In this document: in pieces, positions 9,188-19,063 of the stretch
Position numbering within the stretch: position 1 is the first letter of the stretch
How the letters are laid out: each line of letters starts with the position of its first letter
Assembly: GCA_964457845.1 (NCBI GenBank)
Contig: CAYWHP010000003.1
Location: 19,943 to 82,770, forward strand
DNA length: 62,828 nt
Origin: an uncultured Porphyromonadaceae bacterium
GTDB lineage: Bacteria; Bacteroidota; Bacteroidia; Bacteroidales; UBA12481
Direction: 5' to 3'
The notes under the pieces: model-generated
What the model was told of the DNA's origin: nothing
The model's input: the letters and a program-made list of their open reading frames with translations, nothing else
Databases searched by the model: none
Position numbers and translations under genes: made by a program

Positions 9188-11251
9188 ATGAAATACAGGC
9201 TCCTGACCTATTTACTGATTGTGATATTGTTCACCGGTTGCAAACCTGTGCCGGTTGATTACCTGGTGGAAACCAAAGCCGACAAAGATGCCCGCATGGA
9301 ATGGTGGCGCGAAGCCCGTTTCGGCATGTTCATCCACTGGGGCCTCTATGCCGTTCCGGCAGGAGAGTGGAAAAGCCAGACCAACCACGCCGAGTGGATC
9401 CGTGAATCAGCCCAGATCCCGCTTGAGGAGTACGACAAGTTCGTCGGGCAGTTCAATCCGGTGAAATTCAACGCCGACGAATGGGTAAAAATGGCCAGTG
9501 ATGCAGGCATGAAATACATCGTTATTACATCAAAGCACCACGATGGATTTGGCTTGTACAACTCCCGGCAAACCGAATTCGATATACTGTCGACTCCGTT
9601 TAAAAGGGACATCCTCAAGGAACTCTCAAAAGCCTGTCAGAAACAGAATATGACGTTCTGCTTCTACCATTCCATCATGGACTGGAACCATCCCGACTAT
9701 CTGCCGCGCCGCAGCTGGGAAAAAACACGCAGCGCCGACGGGGCCGATTTCGACAGGTACCGCACCTACATGAAGGCACAGCTCAAGGAGCTGCTCACCG
9801 GATACGGCAAAATCGGCGTTCTCTGGTTCGACGGCGAGTGGGAAAACACCTGGACCAGTGAGTACGGCAAAGACCTCTACAACCATGTCCGCAACCTGCA
9901 ACCCTCTATCATTGTCAACAACCGCGTAACCGTTGGCCGCTCCGGCATGGCAGGCATGACGGAAGGCGAAGAGTTTACCGGCGATTTCGGCACCCCCGAG
10001 CAGGAGATCCCTGCAACCGGGATTCCGGGCGCCGACTGGGAATCCTGCATGACAATGAACGACCACTGGGGGTACAATAGAAACGACAAAAACTTCAAAT
10101 CATCTGCTGAAATGCTTCACATGCTGGCAGATATAGCTTCAAAAGGCGGCAATTACCTTCTCAATATCGGGCCCACAGCCGACGGAGTGTTTCCGCAGGA
10201 GAGCATCGACCGCTTGAAGGAGATCGGTAACTGGATGCGCATAAATGGCGAAGCCATCTATGGTACACAGGCCAGCCCTTTCAAAAACCTGCCATGGGGC
10301 CGATGCACGCAGAAAAAGATGACCGGCAGCACGCGCCTCTACCTGCATGTTTTCGATTGGCCAACCGATGGAAAGCTGATGGTTCCGGGCCTTGGCAGCA
10401 AGGTAATCCGTGCCTACCTGCTGTCCGATCCCGGCCAGGAAGAGATCCCGGCCAACCCGGTACCGGGAGGCATCACCATCGATGTACCCATCTCTGCCCC
10501 CGGCACAGTTAACAGTGTTATTGTACTCGACATCGAGGGCGACCCCGCCGTTTTCGACACCCCGTTGATCGAAGCCGGCCCCGGCATTTTCACAAGCCAG
10601 GCAGCTGTCACCATAACCAAACAGGAGTCACTGTCCGAAATCCGGTTTACAACCGACGGAACTGAACCGACACCATCCTCTCCCGTGTACTCGGCTCCGC
10701 TCACAATCACCGGAACCACCATCATCAAGGCCGCCTGCTTCAGGGATGGCCAGGCAATGTCGGGAACTGCCTGTGATACGGTGACTAAAGTGATCCCTAA
10801 GCCCGGCAGAGCACTCCCCCAGGCGGCTGCCGGCCTTCTGTTCAAACTCTACCGCGGCGAGTGGGACAAAGTGCCCGATTTCAACGGCATGAAACCAAAC
10901 CTCTCCGGTATCGCCACCGATTTCAGTCTGGCGAACAAGCCGGCAGATGAAAATTTTGCCATCGATTACCAGGGTTTCATCAGCATACCCGAAGATGGCA
11001 TTTATACCTTTGGCCTCTCTTCCGATGACGGCAGCCTCCTCTATATTGGTGAAAATATTGCCGTCAACCACGACGGCCTCCATGGCGCAACCATGAAATC
11101 ATCAACACTGGCGCTTGGGAAAGGCCTTCACGCCATCCGGATCTCCTACTTCGAAAAAGCTGGCGGCAACAGCCTGCAGCTTACCTGGAAAACGGGTGGC
11201 GGAAATGCTGAGGCTGTGCCCGCGGGGGCATTCTTCTATTATCGGCAATAA
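9188..11251 (+). CDS. GH29 alpha-L-fucosidase lipoprotein with chitobiase/fn3-like and PA14 C-terminal domains
   Basis: Lipobox LFTGC; WWREARFGMFIHWG, KHHDGF, WFDGEW; EIRFTTDGTEPT module; PA14-like FGLSSDDGSLLYI. Confidence 0.93.
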   Translation: MKYRLLTYLLIVILFTGCKPVPVDYLVETKADKDARMEWWREARFGMFIHWGLYAVPAGEWKSQTNHAEWIRESAQIPLEEYDKFVGQFNPVKFNADEWVKMASDAGMKYIVITSKHHDGFGLYNSRQTEFDILSTPFKRDILKELSKACQKQNMTFCFYHSIMDWNHPDYLPRRSWEKTRSADGADFDRYRTYMKAQLKELLTGYGKIGVLWFDGEWENTWTSEYGKDLYNHVRNLQPSIIVNNRVTVGRSGMAGMTEGEEFTGDFGTPEQEIPATGIPGADWESCMTMNDHWGYNRNDKNFKSSAEMLHMLADIASKGGNYLLNIGPTADGVFPQESIDRLKEIGNWMRINGEAIYGTQASPFKNLPWGRCTQKKMTGSTRLYLHVFDWPTDGKLMVPGLGSKVIRAYLLSDPGQEEIPANPVPGGITIDVPISAPGTVNSVIVLDIEGDPAVFDTPLIEAGPGIFTSQAAVTITKQESLSEIRFTTDGTEPTPSSPVYSAPLTITGTTIIKAACFRDGQAMSGTACDTVTKVIPKPGRALPQAAAGLLFKLYRGEWDKVPDFNGMKPNLSGIATDFSLANKPADENFAIDYQGFISIPEDGIYTFGLSSDDGSLLYIGENIAVNHDGLHGATMKSSTLALGKGLHAIRISYFEKAGGNSLQLTWKTGGGNAEAVPAGAFFYYRQ

Positions 11252-11263
11252 CTTGAGTGAAAA

Positions 11264-11360
11264 CAATCGTAACGCGTGACACGTGACGCGTGACACGTGA
11301 CACGGAAAAATCGTAACACGATGCCTCGTGTTACGCGTCACGTGTTACGCGTCACGATTG
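11264..11360. repeat. Inverted heptamer array between convergent genes (long stem-loop)
   Basis: 11264-11290 and 11334-11360 are reverse complements at 25 of 27 positions. An inner perfect 9-bp hairpin CGTAACACG/CGTGTTACG spans 11312-11335. Confidence 0.92.
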
Positions 11361-11363
11361 CTC

Positions 11364-13763
11364 TCACTTGCCCAGAAATTTCATCCTGTAGAGCGCCTTC
11401 CCCTCCACCTTGTTCCGGCTGACGTAATCGGTATGATAACCGTTCGTCACGTACATCTGCGTCTGATCGCAGTAATGCTTGCTGGCAGGTATGCCGGATG
11501 TCCCGGTAGGAATCACGGTAAGCGAACGATCCCAGTCGCCCGTATCGAAAATGTGACGCTCCGAAGCCCCGTGGTTTACTTTTGAATTCTCATCCAGCGG
11601 ATTCGAGTAGGGCCCTACTGTGTGGAAGCTGCCCCCTACCTGGTAAGGACCACGGTTCAGCTTGAATACCTTTTCCAGCAGCTTTACACTCGCCATAGGA
11701 TGCTCAAGGGTAATGGTATGGGCATCACCCCATCGCCATGAAGCCGCATCGCTTCCGTGGCTGGCTTTCAACTGACCGATGGCCTGCCTGAAGCTGGCTC
11801 CGATGATGTCACCGAAAGTCTCCTTCACCCCGGCCGTGGAAACATCATCAATCCAGGCATCGCTGGGGGCCACCAGCATGTTTTCCATGAAATTCTGAAA
11901 AAAGCTCTTCTCGTCGATGAAACCGGCCAGTATGGTGGAATCCATCTGGTCCTTAACAAGGTTTAACCCGGTGAGATAATACCACTTTTCAAAAATTAAC
12001 GCTTCCGGACGCTCCTTCAGCAAAACAAAGTCCCAGTGCCGCATCAATTCATAAACCTCCTTCTCCTCTTCAGTCAGGCCGCCACTGGCCTTCATGCGGG
12101 TAACAAAATAGCTGTTGAATTTCCCGGCAAGCTTCGACTTCTGGTCACCCTGCATCTCTATGAAATCCAGCGCCGACAATTTCTCCTTCGCCGTGAGCAT
12201 CTCCCCTATCCGGTCCATTCGGTATGGCAAAACGTACCAATCGCTTATGTAATAGGGATAATCGTTTGGAGCCGTCTTGCAGTTGGCCGATGAAACATAC
12301 CCGCATTCCGGATTATAACTGTATGGCAACTCTTCAAAAGGCACAAGCCCTTTCCAGTCGTACAGACTCGTGTCGCCGGGATAAACAAGCGTACGGTCGC
12401 CCGGACGGATGGGGATCCCGATGGCTGACTGAAGGCCGATATTGCCACTTACGTCCGCATAAACGGCGTTCTGGTTGACGGCTACAAAAAGCCTCATGGC
12501 ATCGCGGAAATCGGTCCAGTTTTTTGCACGGTTCAGCAAATAAACGCCCTTCACCTCGTTACTATCTTCACTGCCAAGCCAGTGCATCGACAAAACCTGG
12601 CCTTCAACTTTCTTGATTTCGGATACCACCGGACCCCGGTGGGTAAAACGATTTAAACGAATAACACTGTCACCCCCCTTGATACGGATCACTTCCTCAA
12701 CCTCTTTCAATTCCCGCCAGGCACCATCGAACCGGTACTGTTTAGGGTTTGCCGGATTGATGGTCTCTTCGTAGAAATCGGCATCATCGGTCATCACGTT
12801 GGTAAAACCCCAGGCAATTGAGTCGTTATGACCGGCAATGATCATGGGCTGACCGGGAAGTACCACGCCGGTAACATTAAGCTTTCCGGGAATCACTTCG
12901 TGCATCTGGTACCAGATCCCGGGAATATTCAATCCAAGATGCATATCATTGGCCAACAGCGGCTTGCCGGTTACACTCTTCTTACCGGATACAGCCCAGT
13001 TGTTGCTTCCCCGAAATACGTCGAGACCGAGCTCATCCACAATGGAAACCGTTTTGGCCAGTGCTGAAAATGCAGCGGCGGTTGCCTGACCGATCTGGTA
13101 ATCAGGAAAAACGGCAGTCCGGTGAACAGAATCCATATCCGGCACCATATAGGCAGCCAATTCGGGACCCAGCTTGCTGATCATCTGCCCAAGCAGCACA
13201 TCGTATGGCCAGCCGGTTGAAAGGTCCCAGGCCATGTAGCCGATAAGGTTAAGCGATTGATAGGGCTGCCAGGGCTCCGGCCGGTAGCCGAGGATGGCAA
13301 ATTCGGGTGGGAGCCTGCTGCCAGCCTGCTCAATGTATTGGTTCACACCATTGGCAAAAGCTGTCAGGCATTCATTCATCATCGGTTCAATCCGGCTGAA
13401 CATCCGCTCTGATTTCTCAGAAAAACGGAGCGCGCGGAAGAGCATATCAGCCTCTACCAGGTTCTTGCCAAAAATCTCGGAGAGACGCCCCTGGGTTACC
13501 CGGCGCAGCAAATCCATCTGCCATAACCGGTCCTGCGCCATTACATAGCCAACAGCCATGTACAAATCCCTTTCATTCTCCGCATAAATGTGCGGAATGG
13601 CCAATGAATCGCGGATGACCGTAACTTCAGCAGTAAGGCCCTCCAGCCTGACATCTTTGTCATAATCCGGCAGAGCCTTGGTTTTCAGATTATTGAGAAA
13701 AATAAATCCGGCCAGAAGCAGTACGATGAGCACAGAGCCCGTGATGAGCAGTATCTTTTTCAT
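11364..13763 (-). CDS. Penicillin acylase family (S45) Ntn hydrolase with N-terminal anchor
   Basis: IPHIYAEN, GYVMAQDRLWQMDLLRR, GSNNWAVSG (N-terminal Ser nucleophile), LLANDMHL, TGTSG. Start reassigned to MKKILLITG at 13763 because the longer ORF-track N-terminus is translated repeat. Confidence 0.92.
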   Translation of the reverse strand: MKKILLITGSVLIVLLLAGFIFLNNLKTKALPDYDKDVRLEGLTAEVTVIRDSLAIPHIYAENERDLYMAVGYVMAQDRLWQMDLLRRVTQGRLSEIFGKNLVEADMLFRALRFSEKSERMFSRIEPMMNECLTAFANGVNQYIEQAGSRLPPEFAILGYRPEPWQPYQSLNLIGYMAWDLSTGWPYDVLLGQMISKLGPELAAYMVPDMDSVHRTAVFPDYQIGQATAAAFSALAKTVSIVDELGLDVFRGSNNWAVSGKKSVTGKPLLANDMHLGLNIPGIWYQMHEVIPGKLNVTGVVLPGQPMIIAGHNDSIAWGFTNVMTDDADFYEETINPANPKQYRFDGAWRELKEVEEVIRIKGGDSVIRLNRFTHRGPVVSEIKKVEGQVLSMHWLGSEDSNEVKGVYLLNRAKNWTDFRDAMRLFVAVNQNAVYADVSGNIGLQSAIGIPIRPGDRTLVYPGDTSLYDWKGLVPFEELPYSYNPECGYVSSANCKTAPNDYPYYISDWYVLPYRMDRIGEMLTAKEKLSALDFIEMQGDQKSKLAGKFNSYFVTRMKASGGLTEEEKEVYELMRHWDFVLLKERPEALIFEKWYYLTGLNLVKDQMDSTILAGFIDEKSFFQNFMENMLVAPSDAWIDDVSTAGVKETFGDIIGASFRQAIGQLKASHGSDAASWRWGDAHTITLEHPMASVKLLEKVFKLNRGPYQVGGSFHTVGPYSNPLDENSKVNHGASERHIFDTGDWDRSLTVIPTGTSGIPASKHYCDQTQMYVTNGYHTDYVSRNKVEGKALYRMKFLGK

Positions 13764-13799
13764 GCATGTAGGATTTAGGTCAGCGAAAGATAAATAAAT

Positions 13800-13950
13800 T
13801 CGTGACGCGTGACGCGTGACGCGCAGGAATCGTGACACGCGTCACGTATCACGAATCCCAAGCTTTAGGTGTCACGCGTCACGCATCACGCATCACGAAT
13901 CTCCCGCATCACGTGTCACGCGTCACGATTCTTCCTCGTCACTCGTCACT
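13800..13950. repeat. Inverted heptamer array (CGTGACG arm, then CGTCACG/CATCACG arm)
   Basis: TCGTGACGCGTGACGCGTGACGCGCAGGAATCGTGACACG followed by a longer run of GTCACGC/ATCACGC units ending CTCGTCACTCGTCACT. Confidence 0.92.
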
Positions 13951-13951
13951 A

Positions 13952-14683
13952 TCACCTTAACGAGGCCTTACTGAACACCGCCTCCGGAATCCCGCTGTTG
14001 AACAATATCTCCCTGATGATGAACTCCGTCCCGTCACCCGTCCTGAGCATGTCCCGGTAAACCATCCGCATCGGGAACCAGCGGCCGTCAACCCTTTTCA
14101 CGTCGTGGAGTGTGGTCTGTTTAAGGAGTTTACCTGCCCGGGCGTACCACTCTTCGCGCAACGGGATGCTGCGCTCCTGGTCAACCCATATCTTCATCCG
14201 CCAATAGGCTATTTCTTCGGATTTGGCCCGCAGCTCGAGCACCCAGCAAGGGCGACCGTCTACCTGATCGGGGCCGATGACCTCAGCATTGTAAATATCG
14301 GTCAGTTTCCGGTCGTCCATCATATCCTCATAAGAGAGATCCGACCCCATCACGGATTGCCGCAGCATGTGCCCTGAAATCTGGATAATACGGTCGGCCG
14401 ACGGGGAGAACATCCAGAGCTGGTCATCCAGTTTAAGCATCTTGGTACCTTTTTCGCGTGCCGGTGCCAGGTATTCGGTAAATGACTTCTTCGTTCCCTC
14501 CGACCACACCTTCATTTCCACGGTACGGTCGCCCCGCGGGCTGTGAACCACCATGGCGGCCGTCATTACCCGGCTGCTCGATGCCATATTCCTGTCGATC
14601 TGTTCAATAATCTGGCTGGCCGACGGATCCTGTCCGGCAAGCAGTGCCGGAAGAAGGGCCATCGATATCAGTAGTTTTCTCAT
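13952..14683 (-). CDS. Outer-membrane lipoprotein-sorting (LolA-like) periplasmic protein
   Basis: Signal peptide; EYLAPAREKGTKMLKLDDQLWMFSP, SVMGSDLSYED, GRPCWVLEL; overlaps the upstream permease stop (TAATG). Confidence 0.8.
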   Translation of the reverse strand: MRKLLISMALLPALLAGQDPSASQIIEQIDRNMASSSRVMTAAMVVHSPRGDRTVEMKVWSEGTKKSFTEYLAPAREKGTKMLKLDDQLWMFSPSADRIIQISGHMLRQSVMGSDLSYEDMMDDRKLTDIYNAEVIGPDQVDGRPCWVLELRAKSEEIAYWRMKIWVDQERSIPLREEWYARAGKLLKQTTLHDVKRVDGRWFPMRMVYRDMLRTGDGTEFIIREILFNSGIPEAVFSKASLR

Positions 14684-15951
14684 TATTCCAGTTCCTTAAA
14701 AAGTTGTGCCGTATTTCTTTTGTAAATCCCGATCCCTGAAAGCGAAGTACCCAGTACCGTTGCCAGCAGGCCGGGAATGAAACCGATGTAAAAAGAGGTT
14801 GGTGAAATTTCGGCGCGATAAACAGATGGCAGCATCATGGAGGCATTCTCCATGAACGACGATACGTCGAGGCCATTTTTTTGCATCCACCAGGCCAGCG
14901 AAAGCGCACCTGCGGACCCGATAACCGACCCGATGATCCCGACAAAAACCGATTCTGAAATCATCGAACGGTAAACATGGCCCTTGGTCTCGCCAACAGC
15001 CAGCCGGACACCAACTTCACCATACCGCCTGAGTCCGCCAAGAAGACCGGCATTCCAGAGTACGAGTGACATGGCCAGTACAAAAATCCCGACAAAAAGA
15101 GCGGAAACCACATCCATGTAATCAACCATGCTGCTGAGTCCGTTCTGGTCGCGAAGGCTGAGCATAACAGGGGTGAAAGGATTATCCGGCTTACTCTTTT
15201 CCATAAAGCCCGCGACAACTGAAGCGGCTGCTTCCTTGTTGAACACCCCGGTCCGGAAGTAACCCAGCACTTCACTGGCAGCATCCTGCATGTCGAGGGC
15301 AACCTGAACATCCCGCAGATCAGCGATTATGGCTCCCCGGTCGATTACGGATGTGCCGAACCGGACCGTACCGGCCACCCTGAAATTATAAACCGACATA
15401 CTCCCGTACATGGTCGATCCAACCAGTGTAATCCGGTCGCCCGGCACCACCTTGAGCTTATTGGCAAACTGCTCGCTCAACAGCACTTCACCGGGCCTTT
15501 CGGGCAGCCGTCCGGCAACGATTGACTTTGGTATGCTCATCCGTTCTGCTTCCCGCGAACCGGGTGAAAGCAGGTCGATCCCCCATCCTATTGCAGGGCC
15601 CTGCGACCGGGTTTCTCCATTTTCGTCCGGTGCATCAATCAGTCCGCCGAACCGGATCCGCTGGATCCACTCAAGATCCGGGTATTCCGCGTTTAACTCA
15701 CCGATCAGCCCGGCCGTATTCGAGAGTGCGAGATCGTTGGGCATCTGGTCAACCCGCTCGGCAAAGGAGCGTGTAGTTACCTTAACATGTCCGGTGGAGA
15801 AACGCGCATTGAAATCAACCAGGTCGCCAAGAACACCCGACATCAGGCACTGCAGGAATACAGTGAGAAAGACCCCGATCACAACAACAATAACCGGAAG
15901 CAGGCTTCGCTGGCGATCACGCCACAACCCTTTGAACAGGAATACTATCAT
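14683..15951 (-). CDS. ABC transporter permease, LolE/FtsX/MacB family
   Basis: KGLWRDRQRSLL start, large periplasmic loop, RRYGEVGVRLAVG motif, three C-terminal TM helices. Confidence 0.9.
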   Translation of the reverse strand: MIVFLFKGLWRDRQRSLLPVIVVVIGVFLTVFLQCLMSGVLGDLVDFNARFSTGHVKVTTRSFAERVDQMPNDLALSNTAGLIGELNAEYPDLEWIQRIRFGGLIDAPDENGETRSQGPAIGWGIDLLSPGSREAERMSIPKSIVAGRLPERPGEVLLSEQFANKLKVVPGDRITLVGSTMYGSMSVYNFRVAGTVRFGTSVIDRGAIIADLRDVQVALDMQDAASEVLGYFRTGVFNKEAAASVVAGFMEKSKPDNPFTPVMLSLRDQNGLSSMVDYMDVVSALFVGIFVLAMSLVLWNAGLLGGLRRYGEVGVRLAVGETKGHVYRSMISESVFVGIIGSVIGSAGALSLAWWMQKNGLDVSSFMENASMMLPSVYRAEISPTSFYIGFIPGLLATVLGTSLSGIGIYKRNTAQLFKELE

Positions 15952-17120
15952 TGTATTTTTCCTTTTATTGCTTCAGTTGGATTCATTCGGGAAATCCGGC
16001 GAGCCGGAATATAACTCACAATCGTCGCGGTGACCAGAACAATAAGTATGGTCAATGCGATCAAGCCAAGTCCGTATACCGGAAATATCTTATCGGCAAT
16101 GGCAAAGCCCATATTGTCAGTCCCTTCCGGCATAGGTATCCCGCCTCTGGCTGAGGAGATCAGCAGGGGAATACCATAGGCGGCTCCAACCAGGGCGGCA
16201 AGAACGGCATGCATGGCGCCTTCAACGGTAAACAAACGGACCACCTGCCCACGGGTCATACCAAGGGCGATCTCCGTTCCGATTTCACGCTGGCGGCGGA
16301 AAATCGACAGCACCTGCGTATCGAAAATGGCCAGCATGGCGAGGGAAAGAAGGATCACATACATGATACCGGTTGAAAACGATTTTGCCTTAATAACCTT
16401 GTCAACGTCCTCGGTAAGTGTTTTCTGGTCCCTGGTTACCCATCCTGCAGGCAAACCGTCAGGCCAGCCGGCCTTACCACGGATGATCAGGGTTGCACCG
16501 TCCGGAACACCCATCATCTGCTGCAACCTTTCAAGAGGGATCCATATCTGGCCTGCATCAACCGAGCCTACATTACAGCTGAAAACCGCGGTTATCTTCA
16601 CATCGGCGGCATCGAAAGTTCCCAGTCTGTTGCGCCAGCGTACCGTAACTTCATCACCAACCTTCAACCGGTTGGTCGCCGCCATCCGCTTCCCGATAAT
16701 CGCCGGAATACTGGTATTCCCGCCCGTCATGGAAGCGGTTGGCAGGTCGAGAACCTTCTGATTTACGGGTATTCCTTTCAAAAGGATGCTTTGTATTCTC
16801 CCTTCAGGATAGAAAGCCCCCATGGTGATGAGAACCGGTGCCAGGTTCCCCTTTTCTATATCACCGCGCAAAAGGTCCGGAACAGGGGCAATACTGTTCT
16901 GGAGCGTAAACGGATCAACAGGATCGTAATTAGTATTCCAGAGCTGGCCCTGACCGGTGTCCCAGTGGATCATGTCGGACTTTGCCTGTATGTTCCACCC
17001 GTCGAGCATGCCATGCATGTAAATGATAACCACATAGGAAAGAGACAACACCAGCACGTTGAGCCACGTCCGCAGTCCGGCCCCCAGGAGGTTCTTTATG
17101 GCGAGTTTAACTATCAGCAT
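15948..17120 (-). CDS. ABC transporter permease, LolE/FtsX/MacB family
   Basis: LAIKNLLGAGLRT start, RRQREIGTEIALGM motif, ends YIPARRISRMNPTEAIK. Confidence 0.92.
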   Translation of the reverse strand: MLIVKLAIKNLLGAGLRTWLNVLVLSLSYVVIIYMHGMLDGWNIQAKSDMIHWDTGQGQLWNTNYDPVDPFTLQNSIAPVPDLLRGDIEKGNLAPVLITMGAFYPEGRIQSILLKGIPVNQKVLDLPTASMTGGNTSIPAIIGKRMAATNRLKVGDEVTVRWRNRLGTFDAADVKITAVFSCNVGSVDAGQIWIPLERLQQMMGVPDGATLIIRGKAGWPDGLPAGWVTRDQKTLTEDVDKVIKAKSFSTGIMYVILLSLAMLAIFDTQVLSIFRRQREIGTEIALGMTRGQVVRLFTVEGAMHAVLAALVGAAYGIPLLISSARGGIPMPEGTDNMGFAIADKIFPVYGLGLIALTILIVLVTATIVSYIPARRISRMNPTEAIKGKIQ

Positions 17121-17132
17121 ATTGGTCCCTCC

Positions 17133-17834
17133 TTACTTTGCAACGGTTTTATCTTCGGCAACTTTACCGTCGAGCAGGCGAATGATCCTCCGGAGGTACC
17201 CGATTACCTTTTCATCATGGGTGGCGAAAACAAAGGTTGTTCCGAGGTTTCGGCTGATCTGCTCCATGGTTTTCAGGATATGGTGCGAATTTTCAGCATC
17301 CAGGTTTGCCGTGGGTTCATCGGCAAGAACTATTTCGGGTTTCTTTACCACTGCCCTGGCGATGGCAACACGCTGGCATTCCCCGCCCGACATTTGCGCG
17401 GGCCTCGACTTCGCCTTATCGGCAAGCCCCACCCATTCGAGTGCGTCAAGCACCGACTTCCTCCGCTGGTCGCCTGTCATCTTTTGGAGAAGCAGCGGGA
17501 ACTCCACATTTTCGTAAGCGCTGTATACAGGCAACAGATTGAATGTCTGAAAAATAAATCCGATTTTCATATTCCGCAGGTGGGCAGCCTGCTTTTGATT
17601 GAGCTTGCCGACCGAACTGCCCAAAATGATCGCCTCCCCCTCGGTAGGCATATCGAGCGAGCCCATGATGTTGAGAAGAGTGGTTTTACCCGAGCCGCTC
17701 GGCCCCACCAAACCGGAGAATTCCCCTCCATAAAATCTAAGATTGATGCCGTTCAGCGCAGTAAATTCCCGATTACCCATCGGGAAACTCTTCACAAGGT
17801 TCCGGATTTCAATAACACACTTATTGGATTCCAT
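17133..17834 (-). CDS. ABC transporter ATP-binding protein, LolD/MacB type
   Basis: Walker A GPSGSGKT, signature MSGGECQRV, Walker B VLADEPT, H-loop ATHD. Confidence 0.95.
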   Translation of the reverse strand: MESNKCVIEIRNLVKSFPMGNREFTALNGINLRFYGGEFSGLVGPSGSGKTTLLNIMGSLDMPTEGEAIILGSSVGKLNQKQAAHLRNMKIGFIFQTFNLLPVYSAYENVEFPLLLQKMTGDQRRKSVLDALEWVGLADKAKSRPAQMSGGECQRVAIARAVVKKPEIVLADEPTANLDAENSHHILKTMEQISRNLGTTFVFATHDEKVIGYLRRIIRLLDGKVAEDKTVAK

Positions 17835-17854
17835 GTTGTTGTATATGAAGGTAT

Positions 17855-19000
17855 TTAATGATTCCAGATAAAAAGAAGCTGCAGGCCCTTGCCGCCCATC
17901 AAATTTGTATTGCCCGTGTTTTGATACAGGTCGAATTTATCAGGGTTCCAGAATGCCATCAGGTAAAAGCTAACCTTCCGGAGGCTGATTTTCCAGCTGA
18001 TGAAGCGGTACCAGTCGCTGGACATCCAGTTATAGAAAACCATAGCAGAAAGCGTATGGGTCATCGTTATCGGGTATGCGAGCGAAATGGCGGTAAAATC
18101 CGTTTCCATAGCTGTTTTCGAAAACGATGGACCGGTTTGGTAAATGAACTGTTCCGCGACCAGGGTCATGCCGTTTCCAACCGGAATCGTATAATCGGTT
18201 CCAACGGTTAGCATACGGATTTGTTTCATTTCCGGCATAGGCAGCTGCTGCCAGGTATAGGTTCCTTCGAACCAGATTCCGGGCCCGACATCCCACTTGC
18301 CGTCGAGTCCCAATCGAAATTCCGGCGCACGGTTATCGAGCGTAACCGGAAATACCGATCCCGTCTGATCGGTTCCGAGCCAACGAAGGTGAGTCGACAG
18401 GGCGAGCTCCCCCTTCCCGGCAGGCACCTGCAATCTGCCGCCCATTTCCGGAATTCCCGGATCGCTGTTGAAATACTCCCAGCCTTTCACGCTTTTCCCG
18501 GGCCAGACGCCCCATATCCAGAGATTGGCATTGTTCTGAAAAAAATAGCGGCCCAGTAAAGCGTACACCCCATCGGTCATTTGCAGCGGATCGCGGGGGT
18601 CCATTTTGTCGAACCACATAAGCGGCCTCAGCATAGTTGCACTTCCAAAGCTGATCTTCTGAAGGCCGAGCCGGGCCTCGAACCGCTCCGACGAGATGCG
18701 GCCCCATACACGATAGGGTTTCAGCAGCGCATCGGTATAAAGAGTGTCGTGCTTTTGAACACCCGCCTGTCCGTAAAGATTGGCCGATGCCTCCAGACCG
18801 AATTTCCAGGTGTCGCCTAACGGTTTGTTCCACCTGATTTCCGGAATGTACCGCACCGAAGTAAGAAAGTGCCAGTACATGCCCGGCTTTGCCAGGATCT
18901 GGGTGGACAGCTGTCCGCTGAATTCCGGTTTCTGTCCGTTAACCCGAAGCGGCACTATTAACAAAATCAAAAAACCAACCGATATAAATACTGTTCTCAT
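17855..19000 (-). CDS. Putative outer-membrane beta-barrel protein of the ABC/LolA-like module
   Basis: Signal peptide; amphipathic aromatic-rich strands; RLGLQKISFG...DKMDPRDPLQMTDGV; C-terminal LLFIWNH. Confidence 0.6.
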   Translation of the reverse strand: MRTVFISVGFLILLIVPLRVNGQKPEFSGQLSTQILAKPGMYWHFLTSVRYIPEIRWNKPLGDTWKFGLEASANLYGQAGVQKHDTLYTDALLKPYRVWGRISSERFEARLGLQKISFGSATMLRPLMWFDKMDPRDPLQMTDGVYALLGRYFFQNNANLWIWGVWPGKSVKGWEYFNSDPGIPEMGGRLQVPAGKGELALSTHLRWLGTDQTGSVFPVTLDNRAPEFRLGLDGKWDVGPGIWFEGTYTWQQLPMPEMKQIRMLTVGTDYTIPVGNGMTLVAEQFIYQTGPSFSKTAMETDFTAISLAYPITMTHTLSAMVFYNWMSSDWYRFISWKISLRKVSFYLMAFWNPDKFDLYQNTGNTNLMGGKGLQLLFIWNH

Positions 19001-19031
19001 CGATCTGCATTTTCACACCTCACCTGCCCTT

Positions 19032-19061
19032 CGCGTCACGCGTCACGTGTCACGTGTCACG
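19032..19061. repeat. Four tandem CG(C/T)GTCA heptamers
   Basis: CGCGTCA CGCGTCA CGTGTCA CGTGTCA CG, immediately after the stop codon at 19064-19066. Confidence 0.9.
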
Positions 19062-19063
19062 TT

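Noticed and set aside
13764-14060. Extended acylase start (13838) and ORF 13869-14060
   Set aside because: Repeat-derived peptides (RVTRHASR). MKKILL at 13763 is the plausible start.
16791-17858. 355-aa plus-strand ORF, and other long antisense ORFs such as 59192-60049, 44163-44999, 39656-40423 and 29261-30094
   Set aside because: They lie entirely opposite well-supported conserved genes and show no recognisable motifs. Such shadow ORFs are expected at this GC content.
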